Of a stretch of DNA of 64,000 nt, positions 9,445-17,708 are shown one piece after another. The position numbers and the translations under genes were made by a program. This DNA is from Candidatus Limnocylindria bacterium (GTDB lineage Bacteria > Verrucomicrobiota > Verrucomicrobiia > Limisphaerales > UBA9464). The notes below the pieces were generated by a model. The model did no database searches and was not told the DNA's origin. It saw only the letters and a program-made list of their open reading frames with translations. Positions within the stretch are counted from its first letter, which is position 1, and each line of letters starts with the position of its first letter. The DNA lies in assembly GCA_035493435.1 (NCBI GenBank), contig DATJII010000287.1, positions 5,723 to 69,722 of the forward strand. The letters run 5' to 3'.

Positions 9445-9771
9445 AAACACCTGGCACCGCGCCGACAGACCGTTTCCGAAGCGCCGTTTCACACGTTCAC
9501 CGCCAACCGACTTTAGAGCCGTGATAGTGTCACCCATCACCCTGGACTGTCCGCAACCTATCTCTCCAATTGGAACTGCCCCTTTTTCCGGTGACCGGGA
9601 TTTTCCTTGTAGTGCCACCTGCCGGTCAGACTTCCTTCTGGCTCCGACGTCCCTCGGGGACGATTCGGGCGACTGGCTGAGCGTAGCGGGTGATGATGAT
9701 TTCTTCGCAGGACCGACTCGGTCGAGCAGTTCCCCCAATCGGGTCTTGGCTTCAACGGGGCGCATCTTCAA
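9439..9771 (-). pseudogene. Decayed orphan Phd/YefM-like antitoxin with a scrambled internal segment and no toxin partner
   Basis: The N-terminus MRPVEAKTRLGELLDRV is antitoxin-like. The expected continuation, EEIIITRYAQPVARIVPEGRR, is readable only in a different frame (stop at 9626-9628). The original frame then resumes with a C-terminal antitoxin-like tail. No PIN or other toxin ORF lies downstream. Confidence 0.45.
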
Positions 9772-10000
9772 ATCGTGGGTTTCCCCCTCACCCTAGCCCT
9801 CTCCCCCAGAAAATCCTGGGGCGAGGGGACACGAACGCGTGCAGATAAAGCGAAGTAACTTCCTTCGCCCCCTTGGGGAAGAAGGTGGCCGCAGGCCGGA
9901 TGAGGGGGTGGCGCACCCCTGATTCAATGTGGGAATCCATCCCAGTCATTTTCTTCAAATACCTTGAAACCAAATCGCCGAGTCCGGAGTAAAACCGTGG

Positions 10001-11290
10001 ATGACTCACATCGACTCCGCCGCATCGCGCCGCGAAACCGAGCCGTGGGTACGCTCGCATTTTGCCGGTCACACCGTATTTCCAACCGTCTTCGCATGGA
10101 TCATGTCGGCGTGTTTTGCCTTCGCGGCCCACGCCGACAAAAGAGACAAGGCGAAGGCCTTGGCAGAGGCCGACGACCTTTTCAGCGGGACCAACATCCC
10201 GTCGCTTAGCATCGAAATCTCCGGCGATGGAGTACGCCGTCTGCGCGGCAATCCCAGGGAATACGTGCCTGCCACCGTGAAGGAGGGAGCCGTAACCTAC
10301 ACCAATGTCGCGATTCACTTGAAGGGCGGACCGGGAAGCTTTCGTCCCGTGGACGACACGCCTGCCTTTACCCTCAACTTCGATCACTTTGCCGAAGGCC
10401 AACGATTCCACGGTTTGAAAAAGATGCACCTGAACAACTCGGTTCAGGACCCCAGTTATCTATCTGAGCGGACCTGCCGCCAGCTATTTGAGGCAGCAGG
10501 GGTTCCCGTTCCACGTGCGGCGAACGCCACGCTCACTTTTAATGGCACTCCAATGGGCATGTACGTTCTCTTGGAGGGGGTGGATAAACAATTCCTCCGA
10601 CGGTATTTCAAAGACGTTTCCGGAAACGTTTATGACGGCCATTCCGGAAGCGACGTGGTCCATCCGCCGCACGTCGCCTCGGGCGACGATCCCAAGAACC
10701 ACAAACGATTGCGGGCGCTCGCCCAGGCGGCCCAAATGCCGGACCTCGACGACCGTTGGGAAGCCCTCAAGAAAAACTTGGATGTGGATCGGTTCATATC
10801 GTTCGTCGCCGTCGAGATCATGGTCTGCCACTGGGATGGCTATTCCTTGAATCACAATAATTTCCGGATGTACGACGATCACGACGCGGATCGAATCGTC
10901 TTTTTGCCGCACGGAATGGACCAAACCTTTCAACGTCAGAACTCGTCGATTCTTCCTCAGATGCAAGGACTCGTCGCCCGCTCCCTATTGGAAATTCCCG
11001 AAGCCCGAGCGCTCTATCGGCAGCGAGTAACGCAGTTGTTGACCAACGTTTTCGACGTCGACGCCATTACCAATCGCGTCCGAACGGTCTCCAAATGCAT
11101 CGACGCCGAACTCGAAAAAGTCGCCCCTCAGGAAGCGGCCGACCACCAACGACGGACCTCGCAATTCTGCCGCCGGATCCGACAACGCGTAAACGAAGCT
11201 AGAATCGAAATGGGCCTTCCCGCCGACCCGCTGGCCCTGCCAAACCCAAACCCAAACGGCCAAAAGCGACGGCGGCAGCCGCAACAGTGA
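10001..11290 (+). CDS. CotH kinase-family protein, probably secreted
   Basis: Motifs: AIHLKGGPGSFRPVDDTPAFTLNFD, LKKMHLNNSVQDPSYLSE, MGMYVLLEGVDKQFLRRYF, HWDGYSLNHNNFRMYDD, FLPHGMDQTF. Confidence 0.85.
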   Translation: MTHIDSAASRRETEPWVRSHFAGHTVFPTVFAWIMSACFAFAAHADKRDKAKALAEADDLFSGTNIPSLSIEISGDGVRRLRGNPREYVPATVKEGAVTYTNVAIHLKGGPGSFRPVDDTPAFTLNFDHFAEGQRFHGLKKMHLNNSVQDPSYLSERTCRQLFEAAGVPVPRAANATLTFNGTPMGMYVLLEGVDKQFLRRYFKDVSGNVYDGHSGSDVVHPPHVASGDDPKNHKRLRALAQAAQMPDLDDRWEALKKNLDVDRFISFVAVEIMVCHWDGYSLNHNNFRMYDDHDADRIVFLPHGMDQTFQRQNSSILPQMQGLVARSLLEIPEARALYRQRVTQLLTNVFDVDAITNRVRTVSKCIDAELEKVAPQEAADHQRRTSQFCRRIRQRVNEARIEMGLPADPLALPNPNPNGQKRRRQPQQ

Positions 11291-11305
11291 AGCAGGCCGA
11301 AAGCC

Positions 11306-11335
11306 CTGTTGGTTCGATTCCGATTTCTGCCTCCA
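11306..11335 (+). other. tRNA 3-prime-end-like fragment: T-arm, acceptor 3-prime strand and CCA. It may be an integration-site scar.
   Basis: The sequence CTGTTGGTTCGATTCCGATTTCTGCCTCCA contains the canonical T-loop GGTTCGATTCC. This is followed by 7 nt of acceptor strand, a discriminator base and CCA. No D-arm or anticodon arm lies upstream, because the CotH coding sequence ends at 11290. Confidence 0.4.
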
Positions 11336-11711
11336 AGTCTCTATTTGATAGAGACTTACATTCCAAAGCGAATCGTCGGAGTTGGCGGCTTTCCGGAAAA
11401 GTGTTGGATGAAAACCGAACCCTCGCTTTGCGTGCCCCGAATCCGGCAGCCTTTGAATTACTTCCAAGGTGCAAATAACGCGCCTGAGGATTTCAAATTT
11501 TACACTTTTCTGAGCCACACGATGCGTAATCGAGAGGTATACACATGGCGGGGGCCGGACGAACCGGGATGTCGGTGGCGAGTTTGTCCATGATTTGGTA
11601 CGAGCATTTGTCCTATTCGCACCAAAATATCGCGTTACTATTATGACTTAACAGCGGCATGCCGTAAAAAGTGCCGTTCGTTGAACGGAAACAGACACTG
11701 TAGGACAAAAC

Positions 11712-14700
11712 ATGGACAGCAAACCGAGCAGTGAGCTGGCGGTCTTTGCTGCGGCCTTGGAATTGCCAGCCGAGGATCGGGGCGCATATTTGGCCCGAGA
11801 ATGTGGCGACAATCACGCGCTGAAAGCGCGCGTTGAGGCGTTGCTGCGCGCTAATTCGGAGGCGGGCAATTTCCTGGAGCAGCCGCCCCCTGACGCGGGC
11901 TTGTTGAGCACCGGCAGCATCGGCGAAAAACCGGGCGACCGCATCGGCCGATATACCCTGCTTCAGAAAATCGGCGAAGGCGGTTGCGGTGTTGTGTTCA
12001 TGGCGGAACAACAAGAGCCGGTTTGCCGCAAGCTTGCCTTGAAAGTCATCAAACCCGGGATGGACACTAAGAATGTCATCGCCCGGTTCGAGGCGGAACG
12101 GCAGGTACTGGCGCTGATGGATCACCCAAACATCGCCAAGATATTTGATGCAGGCGCAACGGAATCGGGCCGTCCGTATTTTGTGATGGAACTCGTTCGG
12201 GGTGTCACGATAACTGAATACTGCGATAAAAATTCACTGAACGTTGAGGAGCGTCTTCGGCTGTTCATCCCGGTTTGCGAAGCCGTCCAGCACGCGCATC
12301 AGAAAGGGGTAATCCATCGGGATATTAAACCCTCAAATATTTTGGTGACGCAAACGCAAGAAGGCAACGCCCTGCCCGTGGTCATTGATTTTGGAATCGC
12401 CAAGGCCACGACGGACCAACGCCTGACCGATAAGACGCTTTTCACCGCGTTTGAAATGCTCATTGGAACACCCGCTTACATGAGTCCTGAACAGGCGGCG
12501 TTTTGCAAGGTGGACGTTGATACGCGCACGGACATCTATAGTCTCGGTGTTTTGCTTTACGAAATGTTGACCGGCTGCACGCCGTTCGACGCCGGTGAAC
12601 TACTTCAACTCGGAATCGATGAGGTTCGCCGTGCCATTCGGGAACAGGAGCCGCCGAGCCCTTCGGCCCGATTGAGCAAGATGACGTCCGAAACTCTCAC
12701 CGGCGCAGCGAGGCACCGGCTGGCCGAGCCGCACCGATTGATCCGTTCCGTGCGCGGCGATCTCGATTGGATCGTTATGACATGCCTGGAGAAGGATTGC
12801 GCGAGGAGGTATGCGACCGCCAATGGTCTCGCGCTCGATGTTAAGCGGCATCTGAACAACGAGCCAGTAGGGGCTCGTCCGCCTGGCAAGATTTATAAGC
12901 TGCAGAAGACTGTGCAGCGTCACAAATTGCTATTTATATGCATCGCCGCAATAGCTTCGCTTTTGATTGCGAGTCTAATCGTTGTGGTGACATCCCTGGC
13001 CAAGGAGAGAGCGACCAGACTAAGCGCTCAGACCGAGCAAGCGCGTAGCCAACTGGTTACCCATTTTCTAAAGGACACGCTGGAAGGCGTTGGCCCGTCT
13101 GCGGCTCGTGGACGAGACACAATCTTACTGAGAGAGATTCTTGACAGAACTGCGAAACAGATAGGCACGCAGACAACCAATCAACCGAAGGTCGAAGCGG
13201 AGATTCGTGGCTTCATTGGACCGCTCTATCGTGAAATTGGAAATTATGAAGCAGCGGAGGCAATGGCCAGGGCGGAATGGGAGTTGCAACGGAAATTGAG
13301 CGGGCCACGAAGCGCGGAAGCAGCCACGGCGCTCAGCCACCTTGGCCTGGCGCAGTGGAAGCTGCGCAAGTTGGCCGATACCGAAGCTGCTTTCAAGGAG
13401 GCGCTGAGCATTCGTAAAGGACTTTTTGGCAATGAACATCCTGATGTCGCGGCAACGCTGAGTCTTCTCGGAGCCGTGTATCGCCGCCAGGGCAAGCTCG
13501 CGGAGTCTGAGGCGTTAACACGGGAGAGTCTGCAGATTCGGAGAAAACTCTTCGGCAACGAGCATTTGGACGTAGCAGAATCATTGCGCAATCTCTCAAT
13601 CATTCTCGTCGATCGCGGCCAACGCAAGGAAGCCGAGGCCGCCGCGCGTGAAATGCTTGAGATGCGCCGCCGATTACTCGGTGACGACGATCCGCTGGTA
13701 GCGCTTTCATTAACAGATTTGGCTTTCGTACTGGGCGGAAACTCCCCAGAAGGCGAGAAATCAGAGATGCAAGCATTTGCAATTCAATGGAAAGTGCTCG
13801 CGGATGAGCATCCTGATTTGGCCCGATCTATTTATTTGCAAGGCGAGCGCATGCATAATCGGGGCGAACTGGCTGAATCGCATGCAGTTTTGATCGCGGC
13901 GCTAACGCTTCAACGCCGACTCTTGGGCGACGACCATCCAGATGTCGCGGCCAGTCGTCGCAGACTCTCTTCCATTCTAGAAAAGGATGGCCAATGGGCT
14001 GAAATGGAAGGCCTACATCGACAAGCACTGGAACATCAACACGAACAAGCAAGCGATCCGGATCCACGGCTGATTTTCGACATCGTAGGACTTTTCCGTG
14101 CGTTACGAGAACAGAACAAACTCGAGGCTGCGGAAAAATTGCTCGACGAAACGCTCACTCCGGAATTTTTAGGCAATCCCGCGAGCGCCGAGTTGCTAAG
14201 AGAGCGGGCGGATTTTATGGGCCGTCTTGGCAGATGGAAGGAGGCAGCGATTGATGTGACTCTTTGCGTCCAGCATAAACCCGATGATGATTTCTCATAC
14301 CACTGGCTGGCGCCGTTGCTGATAGCGACCCACGACCCACCAGCCTACGACGAATTGTGCCAGAAGATTCTAACCAGGTTCATCAACACGCCCGACCCTT
14401 ATGCCGCTAACAGGATGGCCGTAGCCTGTTTGTTACTGCCGGAGCCCGTCATCGATTTAACTTCGGTGGATAAGCTCGCAGATGTTGCAATCCTTCGAGG
14501 CGCCGGAGACCCGGGAGCCGTTCCGTTTCATCACTTATGCAAAGCGTTCTCGAGTTATCGACTCAAACGCTTTCACGACGCCATTTCGTGGGCGGAAAAG
14601 TCGGGAGATAAGACTCCGACTTACACCAGGGCTCTGAATTACACGATCTTGGCGATGTCAAATTGGCAACTCGGACGTGAGGCTGACGCGCGAGCAAATC

Positions 14701-14864
14701 TAGCAAAAGCGGAGGCACTGGCGCCAGCCGCAATGCCCACGCTAAAGAAGCGGAAGAGCAGCGATTCATGGGTAGCCTGGCTCATGTCGAGGATTGTGCT
14801 CGGCGAAGCGGAGGCGCTGATCCAGGCTGAACATCCGATGAATCAGAACGCGGCGAAACCGTAA
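11712..14864 (+). CDS. Ser/Thr protein kinase with one TM segment and a long TPR C-terminal region
   Basis: Kinase motifs are LALKVIK, HRDIKPSNIL, DFGIAKA and YMSPEQ. A TM segment (LLFICIAAIASLLIASLIVVV) follows. It is followed by repeated NEHPDVA/DDHPDVA TPR_10/12-type repeats. Confidence 0.9.
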   Translation: MDSKPSSELAVFAAALELPAEDRGAYLARECGDNHALKARVEALLRANSEAGNFLEQPPPDAGLLSTGSIGEKPGDRIGRYTLLQKIGEGGCGVVFMAEQQEPVCRKLALKVIKPGMDTKNVIARFEAERQVLALMDHPNIAKIFDAGATESGRPYFVMELVRGVTITEYCDKNSLNVEERLRLFIPVCEAVQHAHQKGVIHRDIKPSNILVTQTQEGNALPVVIDFGIAKATTDQRLTDKTLFTAFEMLIGTPAYMSPEQAAFCKVDVDTRTDIYSLGVLLYEMLTGCTPFDAGELLQLGIDEVRRAIREQEPPSPSARLSKMTSETLTGAARHRLAEPHRLIRSVRGDLDWIVMTCLEKDCARRYATANGLALDVKRHLNNEPVGARPPGKIYKLQKTVQRHKLLFICIAAIASLLIASLIVVVTSLAKERATRLSAQTEQARSQLVTHFLKDTLEGVGPSAARGRDTILLREILDRTAKQIGTQTTNQPKVEAEIRGFIGPLYREIGNYEAAEAMARAEWELQRKLSGPRSAEAATALSHLGLAQWKLRKLADTEAAFKEALSIRKGLFGNEHPDVAATLSLLGAVYRRQGKLAESEALTRESLQIRRKLFGNEHLDVAESLRNLSIILVDRGQRKEAEAAAREMLEMRRRLLGDDDPLVALSLTDLAFVLGGNSPEGEKSEMQAFAIQWKVLADEHPDLARSIYLQGERMHNRGELAESHAVLIAALTLQRRLLGDDHPDVAASRRRLSSILEKDGQWAEMEGLHRQALEHQHEQASDPDPRLIFDIVGLFRALREQNKLEAAEKLLDETLTPEFLGNPASAELLRERADFMGRLGRWKEAAIDVTLCVQHKPDDDFSYHWLAPLLIATHDPPAYDELCQKILTRFINTPDPYAANRMAVACLLLPEPVIDLTSVDKLADVAILRGAGDPGAVPFHHLCKAFSSYRLKRFHDAISWAEKSGDKTPTYTRALNYTILAMSNWQLGREADARANLAKAEALAPAAMPTLKKRKSSDSWVAWLMSRIVLGEAEALIQAEHPMNQNAAKP

Positions 14865-14912
14865 CAGACAATCACTGGCGATCAGGCAATGTCAGTGGTA
14901 GCTTAATTAATT

Positions 14913-15494
14913 GTGGATTCCGCGGGCCAAAACAGAAACGACGTAACTTGCCTGCTGCAAGCGGTTGAACGCGGCGACTCAGACGCTGCAGAATCGCTGC
15001 TGACACTTGTGTATGACGAGTTGCGACGCCTCGCTGCATACAAGATGGCCCATGAAGCGCCGGGGCAAACCCTCCAGCCTACTGCGCTTGTCCACGAGGC
15101 ATGGCTGAAACTGATCGGCGTTGGTGAGCAAAAGTTCAAAAATCAAAACCACTTTATTGCCTTGGCGGCGGAAGCCATGCGCCGGATTCTCATAGACCGC
15201 GCGCGGCGGCGGAAAACTCAACGGCACGGCGGCCAGTGCGAGCGCGTCGAAATGGAACTGTGGGAAACTCGACTGACAGCTCCGGCGGAAGATGATCAAT
15301 TGCTTGCGGTGAACGAAGCCTTGGAAAAACTTGAGGCGCAGCATCCCGCCCAAGCTCAAGTCGTGAAGCTTCGGTATTTTGGCGGCATGAGCAATGAGGA
15401 AGTTGCACAGGCCCTCAATGTTTCCATTTCGACCGTGAAAACCTACTGGATCTTCGCCCGCGCATGGTTGTTCGACGCGATTCGCAACTCGTGA
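14913..15494 (+). CDS. ECF sigma factor of the Sigma70_ECF (PF07638, ECF43-like) type
   Basis: GTG start. Motifs: VTCLLQAVERGDSDAAESLLTLVYDELRRLAAYKM, TLQPTALVHEAWLKL, NQNHFIALAAEAMRRILIDRARRR, and a region 4 HTH (MSNEEVAQALNVSISTVKTYW). Confidence 0.9.
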   Translation: MDSAGQNRNDVTCLLQAVERGDSDAAESLLTLVYDELRRLAAYKMAHEAPGQTLQPTALVHEAWLKLIGVGEQKFKNQNHFIALAAEAMRRILIDRARRRKTQRHGGQCERVEMELWETRLTAPAEDDQLLAVNEALEKLEAQHPAQAQVVKLRYFGGMSNEEVAQALNVSISTVKTYWIFARAWLFDAIRNS

Positions 15495-15785
15495 CCAGAG
15501 GTGAAACCGAGGCCTGGCCGGTGGGTGTGTCGATGCCAGGGTGTCAGGGTGAACGCAACTCCAGTAAAATAATCCCTCCTCACCGCTGCTTGCGCATGGT
15601 TGTTTGGCTCCATTCGCAACCATATTGCGAATGATTGAGGGTTTTCTTCCGGGGATTCGGTTTCTCCGCAAATCACACGTTCGCCGATTTTTCCAATTCC
15701 TAAATTTCGTTCCTAACAGCCAGCCTTTTTAACGGAGTTTCTCGCGTTACTGACTGAGGCTTATTGCAAGCGGATGGAAAAGAGA

Positions 15786-15941
15786 ATGATCGTAAAATGG
15801 AAAATCAAAGAATCGGAGACGATTCCGATATTGCACTTATTCCCGGAGTTGGTCCAGGAGAGTAGAAAAGAGAAAGGCAGTATCAGTCTAAAAACGATCT
15901 CAACGAGTTCATCCCTTGCCTCAGTCAAGCATCATAAATAA
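15786..15941 (+). pseudogene. N-terminal fragment (51 codons) of an ABM-type monooxygenase-like gene
   Basis: MIVKWKIKESETIPILHLFPELVQESRKEKGSIS resembles the first half of ABM domain proteins. The ORF stops after 51 aa, whereas normal family members are about 95-100 aa. An alternative frame reads YQSKNDLNEFI, which hints at a frameshift. Confidence 0.4.
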
Positions 15942-15990
15942 CAAAATAAAGATTGGAATTATGTCTAATAAACTCCGAAACAATTCACCA

Positions 15991-16809
15991 ATGAACACTA
16001 TCACCACGTCGGACGGCGTTGACATTTTCTACAAGGACTGGGGTACCGGACAGCCGATCGTCTTCAGCCACGGGTGGCCGCTGTCAGCCGACGACTGGGA
16101 TGCCCAGATGATCTACTTCCTACACCAGGGCTACCGGGTGATTGCGCACGACCGGCGCGGCCACGGCCGGTCGTCGCAGGTCGGCACCGGTAACGACATG
16201 GAACATTGGGTCGCGGACCTGGCGGCACTTGCCGAGCACCTTGATCTGCGCAACGCCGTGCACATCGGGCACTCGACCGGCGGCGGCGAGGTCGCCCGCT
16301 ACGTGGCCCGGTACCAGGACCGGGTGGCGAAGGCGGTGTTGGTCGCCTCGTTGACGCCGAATATGGTGCTGACCAAGGACAACCCTGCTGGTCAGCCGCC
16401 GGAATGGTTCGACGCGGTGCAGGCTGGGATCCTGAGCAACCTGTCGGAATTCTTCCGGGCCGTGCCGGAAGGCCCGTTCTACGGCTACAACCGGCCGGGG
16501 GCTGTGCCGTCGGAGGCGGTCATTGCGAATTGGTGGCGGCAGGGCATGGCTGGCAGCATCCAGGCCGCCTACGAGACGGTGTCCTCGTGGAAAGAGGACT
16601 ACACCGCGGACCTCAAGCAGATCACCGTTCCGGTCTTGGTCATGCACGGTGAGGACGACCAGATCGTGCCGTTCGGCAGTTCGGTGCCACGGGCGGTCGA
16701 ACACCTGAAGAACGGAAAGCTCAAGGCGTACGCGGGGTACCCGCACGGGATGCTGACCACGCACGCCGAAGTGCTCAATCCGGACCTGCTCGCGTTCATC
16801 CGGTCCTGA
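15991..16809 (+). CDS. Alpha/beta hydrolase, non-heme chloroperoxidase / arylesterase type
   Basis: Motifs: TTSDGVDIFYKDWGTGQPIVFSHGWPLSADDWDAQ, AHDRRGHGRSSQ and the nucleophile elbow GHSTGGGEV. Alternative starts are at 15961 and 15916. The coding GC is visibly much higher than in the flanks. Confidence 0.9.
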   Translation: MNTITTSDGVDIFYKDWGTGQPIVFSHGWPLSADDWDAQMIYFLHQGYRVIAHDRRGHGRSSQVGTGNDMEHWVADLAALAEHLDLRNAVHIGHSTGGGEVARYVARYQDRVAKAVLVASLTPNMVLTKDNPAGQPPEWFDAVQAGILSNLSEFFRAVPEGPFYGYNRPGAVPSEAVIANWWRQGMAGSIQAAYETVSSWKEDYTADLKQITVPVLVMHGEDDQIVPFGSSVPRAVEHLKNGKLKAYAGYPHGMLTTHAEVLNPDLLAFIRS

Positions 16810-16829
16810 TCCGGAAGGCGGGTGACGCT

Positions 16830-17160
16830 GATAGGAACTATGCCGATCTGAAAAAAGAAGATTATGCCTTCTACTTCGGTTCAGTCGGCCACGCCGCTCT
16901 GTATGACTACCTGAAAGCGAAGGGCTTACAGGCGATTGCTGCCGACATCTGTGAGTGGGGCGGCGGCGTGGGTACGGTTTGCCACGGTCCGGCGATACTG
17001 CCAGGCATTATCGACTCCAAGACCGGTAAATCCATTATCCATGGCAAAACCGTGATTGGATTCATGATTGAAGGCGAACTCATCTTTTCAATCTTGGACA
17101 AGATGAGAGCGGACGGAGTCGTTCCCATCGTGGAAGCTGTCACTGCGGCTGGAGCGGTTC
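16830..17160 (+). pseudogene. Internal fragment of a DJ-1/PfpI (Hsp31-like) gene, truncated at both ends
   Basis: The translation reads EDYAFYFGSVGHAALYDYL...GGVGTVCHGPAILPGIIDSKTGKSIIHGKTVIGF. It contains the nucleophile-elbow CHGP motif. The N-terminal ~100 aa and the C-terminal part are missing, and the fragment starts right after the hydrolase stop at 16809. Confidence 0.5.
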
Positions 17161-17325
17161 TACAGCGGAGCGATGGGAGCCTTCACTTGCGCGAGGCAAG
17201 CAACAGCGAAGGCTGCCGCGCCGTAGTTCTGCGAGCCGAACGCCAAGCGGGCTCTCACGGCGCGCAAGCTACGGCTCGGCAAGCCAGCTCCTTGTTCAAT
17301 AGTCTTATTTTATTAAGTCTACATT

Positions 17326-17547
17326 TTGGAATCCAAGCTGGACTCGGCCCATTACCACGTTGGTTTGACAGAAAATCTCCAGCAGCGCCTCGCCGAGCAC
17401 AACGCCGGAAAAGTCCCGCATACTTCAAAATTCACCGCGTGGGAAATCAAGAATGCTATCGCCTTTTGTGACCGCGAAAAAGCGTCGGCGTTTGAGCGCT
17501 ATCTGAAAAGCGGTTCGGGCCGGGCCTTTGCGAAGCGGCCTTTTTGA
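17326..17547 (+). CDS. GIY-YIG (URI-domain) nuclease family mini-protein
   Basis: The in-frame translation is (VYI)LESKLDSAHYHVGLTENLQQRLAEHNAGKVPHTSKF...FERYLKSGSGRAFAKRPF. A TAA at 17314-17316 sits three codons before the TTG start. The usual N-terminal residues before the GIY-like VYIL motif are therefore absent. Confidence 0.75.
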   Translation: MESKLDSAHYHVGLTENLQQRLAEHNAGKVPHTSKFTAWEIKNAIAFCDREKASAFERYLKSGSGRAFAKRPF

Positions 17548-17708
17548 GATGCACCCAGGAGCCACTGTCAGTTAAAGTGTCAGTAGCCCGGTACGGGGAA
17601 CGACAGGGCAGTGCCGTGGATTATGTTTTCTGGTTATGGGGCTTTCTCGTTGCCGAGCCGGGGGCTGCTTTAGGAACACTCTTCTCGACAAGAGAGGGTG
17701 GAAAGAAT

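Noticed and set aside
9785-9830. An imperfect hairpin, CCCTCTCCCCCAG-aaaat-CCTGGGGCGAGGG, and the adjacent sequence encoding GEG/RGEG-like peptides. It resembles a short repeat that I have seen in intergenic DNA of many bacteria.
   Set aside because: I found only one copy in this window. The stem is imperfect, and nothing distinguishes it from a decayed generic element. It is not worth a separate finding without genome-wide counts.
11261-11335. A complete tRNA gene overlapping the end of the CotH ORF.
   Set aside because: Only the T-arm, acceptor 3-prime strand and CCA are convincing. The nearest complementary 5-prime strand (GGCAG at 11274) would give a 62 nt molecule with no D-arm, and its anticodon loop would lack U33. 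I report it only as a tRNA 3-prime fragment.
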